Position numbers and translations under genes: made by a program
In this document: piece after piece, positions 47,269 through 56,634 of the stretch
Numbering within the stretch: the stretch's first letter is position 1
Layout of the letters: each line of letters starts with the position of its first letter
The notes under the pieces: model-generated
Seen by the model: only the letters and a program-made list of their open reading frames with translations
The model's database searches: none
Told to the model about the DNA's origin: nothing
IMG/VR virus record: IMGVR_UViG_2595698357_000001
Coordinates: 93,835-157,834 of that record
Length of the DNA stretch: 64,000 bases
Strand: one strand, 5' to 3'
From: a virus
Lineage: Duplodnaviria > Caudoviricetes

Positions 47269-47700
47269 CACCAGCTTGGCGGTCTTTTCCTGACCTTCCT
47301 GGGCATCGTAGAAGCGACGGCGGAACTCCAGAGCATTCGCGATGCCCACGGCCTTACCCTGTTGGTTGCCCGCGCCGTACACGACAATGGTGCCGAAGCG
47401 AAGAATACGCGCCCAAACACTCTGCTTCACGTTCAGGGATTCCACCTTGGCGACGCTCAGCTCCACCACGTCACGGCTAATGAGACCGCTCTTCACGATG
47501 ATGCGTTTGTTGGTGATCGCAATCTCAGTGGTCAGGATGCGAATGATCGACGGTACTGCCAGAAGCAGGCTGAAGCCGAAGGTGAACGGCAGGAACATCA
47601 GCGCGAACACGATTGGCCAGAAAGCAGACCACCAGGTGGTGCGACCGCGATAGACTACAGATTCGTTGGAGATCAGGTTGTTATCAACATAGCGAGACAT
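47260..47700 (-). CDS. Membrane protein with bacterial PH (bPH) domain
   Basis: TM hairpin then ITNKRII.K.GLI, VES..V.Q....RI..FGTI. Confidence 0.75.
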   Translation of the reverse strand: MSRYVDNNLISNESVVYRGRTTWWSAFWPIVFALMFLPFTFGFSLLLAVPSIIRILTTEIAITNKRIIVKSGLISRDVVELSVAKVESLNVKQSVWARILRFGTIVVYGAGNQQGKAVGIANALEFRRRFYDAQEGQEKTAKLVLG

Positions 47701-47738
47701 AATGTATTTCCTTCAAAAAGTTGTGTAATTTGATATTG

Positions 47739-47762
47739 AGTTTACTGCCAACCGGTTATTGA
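47739..47762 (-). promoter_or_regulatory. Middle-type promoter TCAATA-N12-TAAACT
   Basis: Motif match upstream of bPH gene. Confidence 0.5.
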
Positions 47763-47767
47763 AAAAC

Positions 47768-48703
47768 TTATTTCTTTCTGTTGTATGCGACCTTGATGAA
47801 ATATGGAGCCATACGATCACGGAACGCAGCCACAACATCCTCAAGTTCACTGCTGACGGTATCCATGTACTCATGAACCTCCGGCACCATGGACTCAAAC
47901 AGAGATTCGATGGCGACGGTGTTCTCACGAGATTCAGACATGGTACACCACAGCACCCGGCCTTCTTCGGTTGAGCGCATGACACCCACCCCGTTGTAGA
48001 ACGACACAATTCCCTCACGGTTCAGGTATCCGATGATGGAGCCAATAGACCGGTCAAGGGCTGCAGCGATTTCATATGCACTGGCACCGTTGGTGAGCAT
48101 GGAGACGGCAGTCTGAACTTCTTTGACCAGCCATGGCTCACGGTAATTCTTCAGACCGTAGACAACCCGGTTCGTGATGCGCGCCCGCTCATTGGTCACC
48201 AGGATATCTTTGTCATCGAATTGGGCGGGTACAACAGCCACGTCATCGAGGCACATGGTGATCTTGCTGACGGTGTCATGCTCCACCTGGAACAATTCGA
48301 TCCCACCCTTCAACAAGATCTTGATGCCTTCGTCAAGGCGGTAGCGTCGACAGAAAAATACCTGCTTGATGCCAGACTTCACAATCTGGGCGGCACATGC
48401 TGGACACGGGCTGTCTGACACAAACATGCTCAGAGCCTGGCGACTGTTCTGAGTGCGCAGACGGTTCATGGCATTGATCTCAGCATGGATGACACCTTCA
48501 ACAGATACCAGACCACCGTTGCCATCGTCTACATCGCATACATTCGGCGCGCCGGGTGCTGTCCCGTTCCAGCCAATAGCCACAGGCTGGTCAGTTGTCT
48601 GATCTACAATGACAGCACCGACCTGGAGCCGCCGGGCGTAACTTGCTTTCCCATAGGCCAGGGCTGACCGCATATGAGCATGAACCATTCTGCGCTTAAA
48701 CAT
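47768..48703 (-). CDS. cd: dCMP deaminase with C-terminal HTH-containing extension
   Basis: R.QVGAVI, GWNG, HAE, SPCPAC. Confidence 0.88.
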   Translation of the reverse strand: MFKRRMVHAHMRSALAYGKASYARRLQVGAVIVDQTTDQPVAIGWNGTAPGAPNVCDVDDGNGGLVSVEGVIHAEINAMNRLRTQNSRQALSMFVSDSPCPACAAQIVKSGIKQVFFCRRYRLDEGIKILLKGGIELFQVEHDTVSKITMCLDDVAVVPAQFDDKDILVTNERARITNRVVYGLKNYREPWLVKEVQTAVSMLTNGASAYEIAAALDRSIGSIIGYLNREGIVSFYNGVGVMRSTEEGRVLWCTMSESRENTVAIESLFESMVPEVHEYMDTVSSELEDVVAAFRDRMAPYFIKVAYNRKK

Positions 48704-49073
48704 CGATATTTTTCCCGTTTATGGTGATATTGGAAACGATGATATAAAATAAATCTTCCATATCCTCCTGAGTGTAAATCAGACCGACCGACAGATATCC
48801 TGTTACGACAGTTATGATGTCGCGTTTTATTCTGTGAATCGTAGGTACATCAATAGGACACAGCTTGTAATTGTCCCATAGCTTGGGCGTTTCTTCATCA
48901 TTGAATTTCTGGAGGACGTCTGCATAAATCTCTAACAAACGGTTGACACGGACTTGCACCCGTTCCAGCAATGATATAACTTCCGGATCATCTACCATGA
49001 ATTCAACAGATTTATGTCTGGCTTGGACTTCCATTAGCTTCAATTTGGTGATGCTGTTAGACAAGAATCCCAT
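48696..49073 (-). CDS. Hypothetical protein
   Basis: AGGA SD before ATG 49073. Confidence 0.7.
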   Translation of the reverse strand: MGFLSNSITKLKLMEVQARHKSVEFMVDDPEVISLLERVQVRVNRLLEIYADVLQKFNDEETPKLWDNYKLCPIDVPTIHRIKRDIITVVTGYLSVGLIYTQEDMEDLFYIIVSNITINGKNIDV

Positions 49074-49075
49074 GA

Positions 49076-49753
49076 TTACTGTCCTATTTCGAACCGGCGG
49101 CGACGGCAAGGCGCACACTGGCAGGTTTCTTTTTCATAATCCGGCTCACCGACATACTCACACGAATGTGTAGCCTTGAGCACCGCCTGGGGCATAGCAG
49201 CCGCAAACCATTCCTTCTTCATGCCGATCAGAGGGAAATAGGCGTTCACCGGCGTGTGCAGCATGTTCACGTTCATGCTCTTGATGAACTTTTTGATCTG
49301 TGGGAGGAAAGCAAGGGCGTCGTCCCCGTTGCAATACCCCATCACGATGTCGTGGTCCACAGTAAAGAAAGACGTGGCCAACACCCAGATCAACGCCTGT
49401 GGTAAATCCGCCCGGCTTTTTCCTCTGAAGTCGATTCTCATGAGGGGCAAACCCATCACATGAAGCCGAGCAAATAGTTTGGTAGGTTCGAAGATCGATT
49501 TCAGCTCGTTGATAACCGCCTTGCGTGCGGCCTTTTCAGCCTCGGTCTTACCGGAATTGTTGATGATGTCAACCCACTGTGTCATCACAGTGTAGCCCTG
49601 CATCAGGTAATAGAACACCAGGAACGTGCTATCAACGCCGCCCGTCCAGAAAACGATGACGGTCTTCCCGTTGTGGGGAGGAAGTTCCAGGGGATGGTCT
49701 CCGTGCACCAAGCGCTTCAGAGCATCCACGTCTCGACATGTGATCTGTTTCAT
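49076..49753 (-). CDS. QueC-like PP-loop ATP pyrophosphatase
   Basis: WTGGVDST PP-loop, PL..M.K, SC...CQCAPC..R zinc site. Confidence 0.75.
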   Translation of the reverse strand: MKQITCRDVDALKRLVHGDHPLELPPHNGKTVIVFWTGGVDSTFLVFYYLMQGYTVMTQWVDIINNSGKTEAEKAARKAVINELKSIFEPTKLFARLHVMGLPLMRIDFRGKSRADLPQALIWVLATSFFTVDHDIVMGYCNGDDALAFLPQIKKFIKSMNVNMLHTPVNAYFPLIGMKKEWFAAAMPQAVLKATHSCEYVGEPDYEKETCQCAPCRRRRFEIGQ

Positions 49754-50124
49754 GAGTTCAATTTCCTAAACATGTTGATGAAGAATTTCTTGATCGGGCC
49801 AGGAACTTTCTCAACCCATATCTCAACCCCGCAATTCAGCGACTCATCGCAGTCAGACTGGCATATGGCTGAACCTTTGAGGAACCGGTGTTCTTGATAA
49901 ATGATGCTCTGTACTGCAGAGAATACCCGAACGTGGCCGATCCTGTAAACACCACAACGCCCGTCACGCAAGTCCTGGTCAATGTACTGAGCGGCATCTG
50001 CTATGAACCCACGGATTTCGTCGATATTCTCATACGGCGGGGAGACAAAAACTTTTTCTGTGTTACGCTTGTATGGCGTCACAGGAGACAATATGTAATA
50101 TTTGACGTGAAGACGCTTGCTCAT
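49750..50124 (-). CDS. Hypothetical protein
   Basis: GAGGG SD, promoter upstream. Confidence 0.7.
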   Translation of the reverse strand: MSKRLHVKYYILSPVTPYKRNTEKVFVSPPYENIDEIRGFIADAAQYIDQDLRDGRCGVYRIGHVRVFSAVQSIIYQEHRFLKGSAICQSDCDESLNCGVEIWVEKVPGPIKKFFINMFRKLNS

Positions 50125-50142
50125 GATTCCCTCTAATTGAAA

Positions 50143-50188
50143 AGGCCGTACATAATGAAGATATTGTACGGCCTCAGGTGGTTATTGA
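50143..50188 (-). promoter_or_regulatory. Middle-type promoter TCAATA-N14-TACAAT overlapping hairpin
   Basis: AGGCCGTACA...TGTACGGCCT inverted repeat. Confidence 0.65.
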
Positions 50189-50202
50189 AAGATGTTTAAG
50201 GT

Positions 50203-50466
50203 TCAGTTAACCCAGTGAGCGTTCCATCCACCAACCTTCTCAACTTTGCTGAAAGCAACCCGTGTGCCATGGTGAGCATTCCTCACCATGGAACGAGCAT
50301 GATTGGCGTCCAGGGCTGGGATGAACGCGGTGCGGTTAGACTTGACAGTAACCGCAGTCAGGTCATTTGTGGCCATCCCTGGGATTTCTTCCAGGAGCTC
50401 ATAGGTCACAAAGAACACCCACACGTCCCTATGGTCACGCCCCTTCTTTGTCGACAGCTTCATCAT
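50203..50466 (-). CDS. Hypothetical protein
   Basis: ORF in operon. Confidence 0.65.
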   Translation of the reverse strand: MMKLSTKKGRDHRDVWVFFVTYELLEEIPGMATNDLTAVTVKSNRTAFIPALDANHARSMVRNAHHGTRVAFSKVEKVGGWNAHWVN

Positions 50467-51007
50467 TTGGATTCACCCACCCGCAGATACGTTCGGCATA
50501 CAGGGCGCGCAGTTCATAGCGATAACCCTGCTCGATGTAATACTGGATCTCCTTCACCCTGTCCATGACAGTATGGAGGATGCCGCGCGCCCGCACTGGT
50601 TCCCAATCTCCCCAGCGCTCGTTCATGGTGTCATAGAAGCGGCATTCGTACCCCACAGGGTTTTGAACCACCGGCAAGAAGTCCATGAGAATGGCAGCAT
50701 ACTGGCGCTCGGCCTGAGAGATCTGCTTCTCGTTCTCCTTCTTGTTCTCAGGACCATTCATCGGGTGGCGGAGATATTCGCGATATGTCGCTGGCCAATG
50801 CACCGCCAACATACGACGGAGTTGCTCCTCAGTGGGCTGGATAGGCACTAACGCATAGCCGCGTGGTACAACCCCGCCATAACTTTCAACGCGCTCTTTG
50901 AGCTCCTTGATTTGCTTTTGATACCCTGGTGTGCAGGAATGAGAACCACTCAATCCCTGGAGCCAGCTGAACCCGCATTCGCAGGTGAAGGTCTGACGTT
51001 CGGTCAT
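50435..51007 (-). CDS. Hypothetical protein (Eaa/Ead-like mosaic)
   Basis: CECGFSW..G.SGSH.C and GYALVP..PT..M motifs. Confidence 0.7.
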   Translation of the reverse strand: MTERQTFTCECGFSWLQGLSGSHSCTPGYQKQIKELKERVESYGGVVPRGYALVPIQPTEEQLRRMLAVHWPATYREYLRHPMNGPENKKENEKQISQAERQYAAILMDFLPVVQNPVGYECRFYDTMNERWGDWEPVRARGILHTVMDRVKEIQYYIEQGYRYELRALYAERICGWVNPNDEAVDKEGA

Positions 51008-51567
51008 ACAATATCCCTCGGTTTGATCAGGTCTTCAATCCAGACCGGTTTCTTGTGATGTTCCCAGCTCACACATTTGTAGCGGTGGTCATTGATAGAA
51101 TGAGCATGTAGGTGGCCGTGAACGTTGATACCCCAGCGGTCAAGGCAGTCAGGATGGATTGGCACATGAGTGGCCACCACCTTCTGACCACCTACACGGA
51201 ATTCGCGAAGGGAGTGAAAATTGGTGATCCAGCCGCAGCTGACCAGGTCACGCAGCATGTTGCTCTTGTCATGGTTCCCCTGAACAACGTTGATGGAGAA
51301 CTTCGGTCGGTCTACTTCAGCAGGGGCTGGACCACCAACCTTGCTGCGATGCAAACGCCATGCCGTCATCATAGCCTGGTGGAAGGCAACGGCGCCACCG
51401 AAGCTGATGTCACCCAACAGATACAGGGAGTCATCCCGACCACAGGTTTCAAAGATGCTGAGAGCCACTGCAACGTCATGCTCTTCCATGCTGTTGAACC
51501 CGCGCCCACGCCAGATCTTTTCGTGTTTGAAATGATTGTCGCCCAGGAAATAAACGCGCCCGCTCAT
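51004..51567 (-). CDS. Calcineurin-like metallophosphoesterase
   Basis: D.H, GD, GNHD, H, HGH.H motifs. Confidence 0.9.
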   Translation of the reverse strand: MSGRVYFLGDNHFKHEKIWRGRGFNSMEEHDVAVALSIFETCGRDDSLYLLGDISFGGAVAFHQAMMTAWRLHRSKVGGPAPAEVDRPKFSINVVQGNHDKSNMLRDLVSCGWITNFHSLREFRVGGQKVVATHVPIHPDCLDRWGINVHGHLHAHSINDHRYKCVSWEHHKKPVWIEDLIKPRDIV

Positions 51568-51968
51568 TACGATCTCCCCGACAGATGGACAGTGCTGTGG
51601 TTGTTCCAGGTGGAGTTGGCGAACTTGATAGGCAGGTTCTCGTCCATCTCATCGAATGCCTTCTGGGCGTTGAACGCACGGTTTGCCACCGCCGCCACTT
51701 CACGCTGGATGGAAGTTCGGATGTAGTCAAGGAGAAGCTGGCGCGCTGCCTCAATATCCTGCTCCAGGCAATAGATCGTACCCCAACCGGCTTCACGCAT
51801 GATGCTGTCAGGCTTCATGAGGTTGCTTTTGTGGAGGACAGACAAGCTGCGATCGTTGTCAAATACGATGTCTTGGTAGGTCTTGGGAGTTTCAGAGTAG
51901 GCCAGAGATTTGTGAGTCCGCAGACCACCGCCCTTGACCGGGCTGAACGTCATTTTGATGATTGTCAT
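51567..51968 (-). CDS. Hypothetical protein
   Basis: GAGG SD, promoter upstream. Confidence 0.7.
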   Translation of the reverse strand: MTIIKMTFSPVKGGGLRTHKSLAYSETPKTYQDIVFDNDRSLSVLHKSNLMKPDSIMREAGWGTIYCLEQDIEAARQLLLDYIRTSIQREVAAVANRAFNAQKAFDEMDENLPIKFANSTWNNHSTVHLSGRS

Positions 51969-52000
51969 GATAATGAGCCTCATGGTGGATTATGAGACCC

Positions 52001-52025
52001 ATTATACGCGTGTGGGGTTTATTGA
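52001..52025 (-). promoter_or_regulatory. Middle-type promoter TCAATA-N13-TATAAT
   Basis: Exact motif. Confidence 0.7.
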
Positions 52026-52026
52026 A

Positions 52027-52458
52027 TTACCAGACAGGCTTCAGACGGTACAGATGATCTTCCATGTCTTGTATGTTGTTTCTCGTTTTGTGAATAGACC
52101 GCCGGATGGCGTTGATGGTCTTGACAACATCACCCGCTGGAACCCGGAAGTCACAAATGCACGTGAGATCATGGAAATTGACTGGGCCAAGGTCGACTGT
52201 CTTGTACGTCGGGTATGCCTCAACGACAAAACAGAATGGGGTGACCATCCTGGAGATAGCCCCACGGCTGTTGAGGTAATAGCCCGCTGGGTGTTCCCGG
52301 TACTTGCTCAACCACACCCACTTACCAGAACTCATCGCAACTGGGAGCCAGGCATATTTGATATCCCCATTGATGATGGTCTCCTTCGATTTCAAGACGC
52401 GCCGCTGCTTCTTAATCTCGGCCTTTAATTGGCGTTGCAGATTGTTGAATATCATCAT
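52027..52458 (-). CDS. Hypothetical protein
   Basis: ATGA-coupled ORF. Confidence 0.7.
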   Translation of the reverse strand: MMIFNNLQRQLKAEIKKQRRVLKSKETIINGDIKYAWLPVAMSSGKWVWLSKYREHPAGYYLNSRGAISRMVTPFCFVVEAYPTYKTVDLGPVNFHDLTCICDFRVPAGDVVKTINAIRRSIHKTRNNIQDMEDHLYRLKPVW

Positions 52459-52676
52459 TTCACCCCTGTTTTGACCATACCGAGAGCAACCGCGATGTAT
52501 GCCGATGCGTCGTTCAACGAGTCTTTGATGATCTTGTTGAATTCGCTATGAGACACAACGTGGCCGTCCGCCATGTACGTGTTGGACACGCTACCATGGG
52601 AATCCTGGGCGAAGTGGTGGTACAGCTTCACCCCACCCACTTCAAATTCGACGGTTTTGGTTCTTGGTATCGCCAT
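52455..52676 (-). CDS. Hypothetical protein
   Basis: TGATG-coupled ORF. Confidence 0.7.
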   Translation of the reverse strand: MAIPRTKTVEFEVGGVKLYHHFAQDSHGSVSNTYMADGHVVSHSEFNKIIKDSLNDASAYIAVALGMVKTGVK

Positions 52677-53044
52677 CAGCTTTTACCTTGGCTGGCCTGG
52701 TAAATCCGACAGGCTTCTTCAACATGGCACTGGATCTTGGCCAGAAGTTGAACATCCCCGCCAATAAGCCCGGAGCGGCCTTTGATGTCACGGAAGATCT
52801 TGTGAGCCGTGCCAAGGGCGATAGTATCCAAGTCAGCTGCGCCCTGATGACTCCCTCGTACCTCAGACTGAAGTTGGGAGATACGCTGCAGGAGTGAGAA
52901 CACGTATTCCTGTGAGTACAGGCCGTGCTCCCCATCCTTACGAATCGTCATCATCCCATAGCGCATACGGCCACTTTGCATCAGATGGATCTCTTCCAGG
53001 TCGGCAAAGCCAACCGGTTTCCCGATTTCTTCTTTGCTCATCAT
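52676..53044 (-). CDS. Hypothetical protein
   Basis: GGAG SD, coupled ORF. Confidence 0.7.
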   Translation of the reverse strand: MMSKEEIGKPVGFADLEEIHLMQSGRMRYGMMTIRKDGEHGLYSQEYVFSLLQRISQLQSEVRGSHQGAADLDTIALGTAHKIFRDIKGRSGLIGGDVQLLAKIQCHVEEACRIYQASQGKS

Positions 53045-53670
53045 TTCAGCTCCAGGCCGTGAAGGTCTACCAGAGTTTTCTGGACGCGAAGGAAGTCCAG
53101 GGCAGCGTCATGGCGTGGGTCATGGTATAACATGCCTTCCAGCTCCCATGCCTTGACGCCAGCATAGCGGTCGGTCTGGCCCATACCCTTCAACCAGCTG
53201 ACGATGTCAAATGTGTTGTGATAGTGCCATGGTTCACGCCCCGGCTGCTTACAGGTGACCTCAATGATATGCTGAGCCTTGCGCAGGTCGAACATATTTC
53301 GGTCACACCAGTCAACAGTCTTGGGTTCAACACCGATGCGGTGACAGCCCTTGACGATCTCATCAGCCAGGTTGAAGATGGACACGTCATCAGGTTTGGG
53401 GTACAGACTGACTTCACGCGCCGCCTCTACTGGGTTACGCTTTTCGGTTCCATACCACCACTCACGGGTGTCTTTATCGACCTTGCGTCCCAGCTGAATC
53501 TGTTCCTTCACATCCAGTTTGATGAAGAAGGTGTGGTCTTCCAGCAGCTCCTGGAATGAGTACTTCTTGGTCAGGTTAGCAGCAGTGACCGCGAACGAAA
53601 GGACGACAGCATCATCCCAACGACCGAGCGTCTCTGAGTCAGCTACTGCGAGGATTTCAGACGCGTACAT
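53041..53670 (-). CDS. DEDDh 3'-5' exonuclease (DexA-like)
   Basis: DSETLG, T..WW, FD, HDP.HD...D motifs. Confidence 0.85.
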   Translation of the reverse strand: MYASEILAVADSETLGRWDDAVVLSFAVTAANLTKKYSFQELLEDHTFFIKLDVKEQIQLGRKVDKDTREWWYGTEKRNPVEAAREVSLYPKPDDVSIFNLADEIVKGCHRIGVEPKTVDWCDRNMFDLRKAQHIIEVTCKQPGREPWHYHNTFDIVSWLKGMGQTDRYAGVKAWELEGMLYHDPRHDAALDFLRVQKTLVDLHGLELK

Positions 53671-54248
53671 AATTGCTCCTCATAGGATTCAAAGTTTTCG
53701 AATACAGTCACCATACCTTTCAGAGTCCCCCGGTCTGCGCATACGCTGATATCGGTGACATGTTCAACGTACTCACCAGGACGAATGAACAACAACAGAT
53801 CGATATCGGCCTCTTGTTCTTCAATTTCCAATAATGTGAGTATGAGGGACGGCAGGTTCAGACCACCAATGCCACAACCCAACGCAGGTATCCCCAAGGT
53901 GTAATGCTTGGTGGTGTCCCCGCTGCTGAAGAAATGACAGAACTCCCAGATGGAATTCTTGATGGGTGCCAGCCGGGCGTCTGGGCCAGGGGCATATTGA
54001 GTGTATAGGTTAGCCCCCACAGTCCCGTTGACAAAGTTACGCACAGCACTGAACTTACCCAGGCGGCTCTGTTTAGGCTCATGGTTGTAACGGTCAGCAT
54101 CATACAGCTCAGGGAAATGCTTGACCACCAGGCCAGAGAATCCTGCGCCCATGACACCCATACAGTTAGAGCCGTGCCCCCAGGCAGATACCCGACCCTC
54201 CAGGGCAACTTTGATGAGGTCCGAGTTCTTGATGATATTCACTTTCAC
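53643..54248 (-). CDS. Macrodomain ADP-ribosyl hydrolase (T4 Tk.4-like)
   Basis: HG.NC.G.MGAG, NLYTQ, IPALGCGIGGL motifs. Confidence 0.85.
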   Translation of the reverse strand: MKVNIIKNSDLIKVALEGRVSAWGHGSNCMGVMGAGFSGLVVKHFPELYDADRYNHEPKQSRLGKFSAVRNFVNGTVGANLYTQYAPGPDARLAPIKNSIWEFCHFFSSGDTTKHYTLGIPALGCGIGGLNLPSLILTLLEIEEQEADIDLLLFIRPGEYVEHVTDISVCADRGTLKGMVTVFENFESYEEQLCTRLKSSQ

Positions 54249-54511
54249 CGGATACGTCTCCAGGCTATGGTTTCAAGGTTAGGAGCACTGAGAACAAAGG
54301 CGCCATCGGCCTCACCGTGGTGAATGCCTTGGATATAGATCAGGTGCTCACCGTCAGACAAAATTTTTGTTGCTACTTCATGGCCGCGCGCCCGCAGCTT
54401 CTCAACGATCTTGACTGCACTCTCGTTGAGAACACGCTGAGTGGCTGCAGGGTCGAAGAAGGGTTCAAATCCCTTGGAACGAAGGACATCTTGAAAATGG
54501 TGGTGGGTCAT
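54245..54511 (-). CDS. Hypothetical protein
   Basis: ORF downstream of promoter. Confidence 0.65.
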   Translation of the reverse strand: MTHHHFQDVLRSKGFEPFFDPAATQRVLNESAVKIVEKLRARGHEVATKILSDGEHLIYIQGIHHGEADGAFVLSAPNLETIAWRRIR

Positions 54512-54536
54512 CTTATTGCTCTCAGCATATTGAGGT

Positions 54537-54570
54537 TATGGGGTAGATTATACCCCATAGATCATCAATA
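54537..54570 (-). promoter_or_regulatory. Middle-type promoter TATTGA-N12-TATAAT, -10 in hairpin loop
   Basis: TATGGGGTA-TAATC-TACCCCATA. Confidence 0.6.
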
Positions 54571-54987
54571 AAGGTCTTCGCTAAACAGCTCGTGCTCAGG
54601 CGGGTGCTTGAAGCGGATCTGGCCAGCCGCACGGGCAATGACCAGGGCTTCTTCACGGTTGTGGAAGTTGCCTTGGTTGTCGATGAAGCCCTGTACAACT
54701 TCACCCCGGTTCATCATACGCAGCTCGCTGTCCTCTGAGAATGCCTTCAGCTGGCCGTGCATGACACGGTCATAGTGGCGCGCGCCGGTAATGATCACGT
54801 CACCATATTTGCAGGCTGCAGCTACGATCACCTGGCGGAACACGTATCCCGTCTGTGGTTCAGGCTTCAGCGAGTCAATGATGTCTTGCTCTCGCGCGGC
54901 CAGGATGGCTTCACGATCTGGAGAAGAAAAGTCAACCCAGGCCAGTCGCCATTGCTCTAACGCGAAACGATATTTTTCTGTGCTCAT
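54565..54987 (-). CDS. Conserved phage hypothetical protein
   Basis: QGFID..G.F..REEA..IA..AGQ...LFSEDLY pattern; GAGGG SD. Confidence 0.8.
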   Translation of the reverse strand: MSTEKYRFALEQWRLAWVDFSSPDREAILAAREQDIIDSLKPEPQTGYVFRQVIVAAACKYGDVIITGARHYDRVMHGQLKAFSEDSELRMMNRGEVVQGFIDNQGNFHNREEALVIARAAGQIRFKHPPEHELFSEDLY

Positions 54988-54995
54988 ATTCCCTC

Positions 54996-55214
54996 TCAGG
55001 GTTTGTATTTTCGAAGGTCACCCACCATCTTGGTGAAGAGACCGATGCCAAACAGGTTGAAGCAGCGAAGGGTGCCAACATATTCAGGGTATTCCCCTGG
55101 GAGGAGTTGGTCAACTGGATACATCGGGATATACCCGTCGCACTTCTCGTCGTATTCAAAAACAACTTCCTCGGTAACGAACCGAGGGATGATGAAGTCC
55201 AAGAACTTGTTCAT
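54996..55214 (-). CDS. Hypothetical protein
   Basis: ATGA-coupled to gp52. Confidence 0.7.
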   Translation of the reverse strand: MNKFLDFIIPRFVTEEVVFEYDEKCDGYIPMYPVDQLLPGEYPEYVGTLRCFNLFGIGLFTKMVGDLRKYKP

Positions 55215-56596
55215 AGCCCCAACTCCTTCTCAACGATTTTGATGTCTTCCTTATACAGGTCGACGTCAGTTTGGTTCTCGAGCGTTTGCAGCTGCTTCAG
55301 CATCTCTTGCAGCCGCGCGCTCAGGCGTTCGCGAGCATCCAGAGAAATGGACGACAGCGAAATTTTGAACATACGGTCAACATCAGCCTCAGTCATAGAC
55401 ATCGAATCGCAATGTAGGCTGATGGTGTCCCGGATATGATACAGATTGTAATTATCCAAGAAATATGACTTCAGCTCAGAGATATCTTTGTTGAGGTCGG
55501 TGTTGGTGATGAACCCGATGAACATGCGCATCTTATCCAGCTCGGCCATCTTGCTCCGGATAGAGGCCATCATATGCTGGCGACGGTCTTCGTACCGGGA
55601 CAGGCGGTAGTTGAAGAAGTCGATGAGGATTTCATCAACAGACGCATACGGGCGGATGTATCCGTTTTCATCCCAGGCGACCAGAGTAGATGACGTGCGG
55701 GTGACCAGGCCGAGCATCTCCCTGATTTCATCAGGAGACATACTTGACAACACCCCGCGCTTGAACTGAACCGTGATATCCCAGCCGTTGAGTTCGTTCG
55801 TGTCGTTGATGTACTCAATGACCGTACCGTCCTTGACCAGCGGCAACAGATATTTCATCTCATAGGTCTTTGAGAATTTGCCTGGTGGGACGTCGGTGAT
55901 CTTCAGGGTAGTTGCGTTGATAAGCTGGTACACACCCTCAACGTACACTCTGCCTTCCGAATCGTACTGAGACACGCCTGTAAAGCCTTCGTAATGCGGT
56001 ATTAGAGGTGTGTGCTCTCGACCGTCTAGGAGGCATTTCAGGGCATTTATGACGGACTTGACAGAATGGTTTGGAATGTCCGATGCATACCCTGAGCCGA
56101 TAGCAGACACCCCGTTGATCAGGATCATAGGCAACACAGGCAGGAAGAACTTTGGATCCATCTTCTCATCGCCCAGATAATAATGCTCCAGGATGTCGTT
56201 GTCTTCCTTCTTGAAGATGGCCGAAATCACCTTGCTCACCGATACTGAGATGTAACGCACCGACGCCGCTTCCTTAGATACGATGGAACCGAACTGACCG
56301 TCACGATCAAAGTACGGGATGTTGTTGGTTCCCTGGAACCCCCGCGCCATGTTGACGACAACCCCAGACAGGTTATCACCGCCAGATTTGTAGGCGGTAC
56401 GCGCGGCGCTGAACATGGCAAGGCGGTCGACCAATTCTTCCTTGCCGTACTCAATGGCACTGAAAAGAACTTTCCGCTGAGAGGGTTTCAGACCGTCAAT
56501 GATGGACGGAATCTGTCGTATGCTGTTCACGACAGAAAACTCTTTGTGCTCATGGTTCACAAAGTCAGTTACTGAGAGGGTGTTTTTGTTGGTCAT
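55211..56596 (-). CDS. 52: DNA topoisomerase II medium subunit (gp52, GyrA/ParC-like)
   Basis: IPS..DGLKPSQRKVL, GQFG, RY active site, LP..LING..AIG.G. Confidence 0.95.
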   Translation of the reverse strand: MTNKNTLSVTDFVNHEHKEFSVVNSIRQIPSIIDGLKPSQRKVLFSAIEYGKEELVDRLAMFSAARTAYKSGGDNLSGVVVNMARGFQGTNNIPYFDRDGQFGSIVSKEAASVRYISVSVSKVISAIFKKEDNDILEHYYLGDEKMDPKFFLPVLPMILINGVSAIGSGYASDIPNHSVKSVINALKCLLDGREHTPLIPHYEGFTGVSQYDSEGRVYVEGVYQLINATTLKITDVPPGKFSKTYEMKYLLPLVKDGTVIEYINDTNELNGWDITVQFKRGVLSSMSPDEIREMLGLVTRTSSTLVAWDENGYIRPYASVDEILIDFFNYRLSRYEDRRQHMMASIRSKMAELDKMRMFIGFITNTDLNKDISELKSYFLDNYNLYHIRDTISLHCDSMSMTEADVDRMFKISLSSISLDARERLSARLQEMLKQLQTLENQTDVDLYKEDIKIVEKELGL

Positions 56597-56634
56597 GTTA
56601 TGTCCTATACAAAAAGGGAGACCAACGGCCTCCC

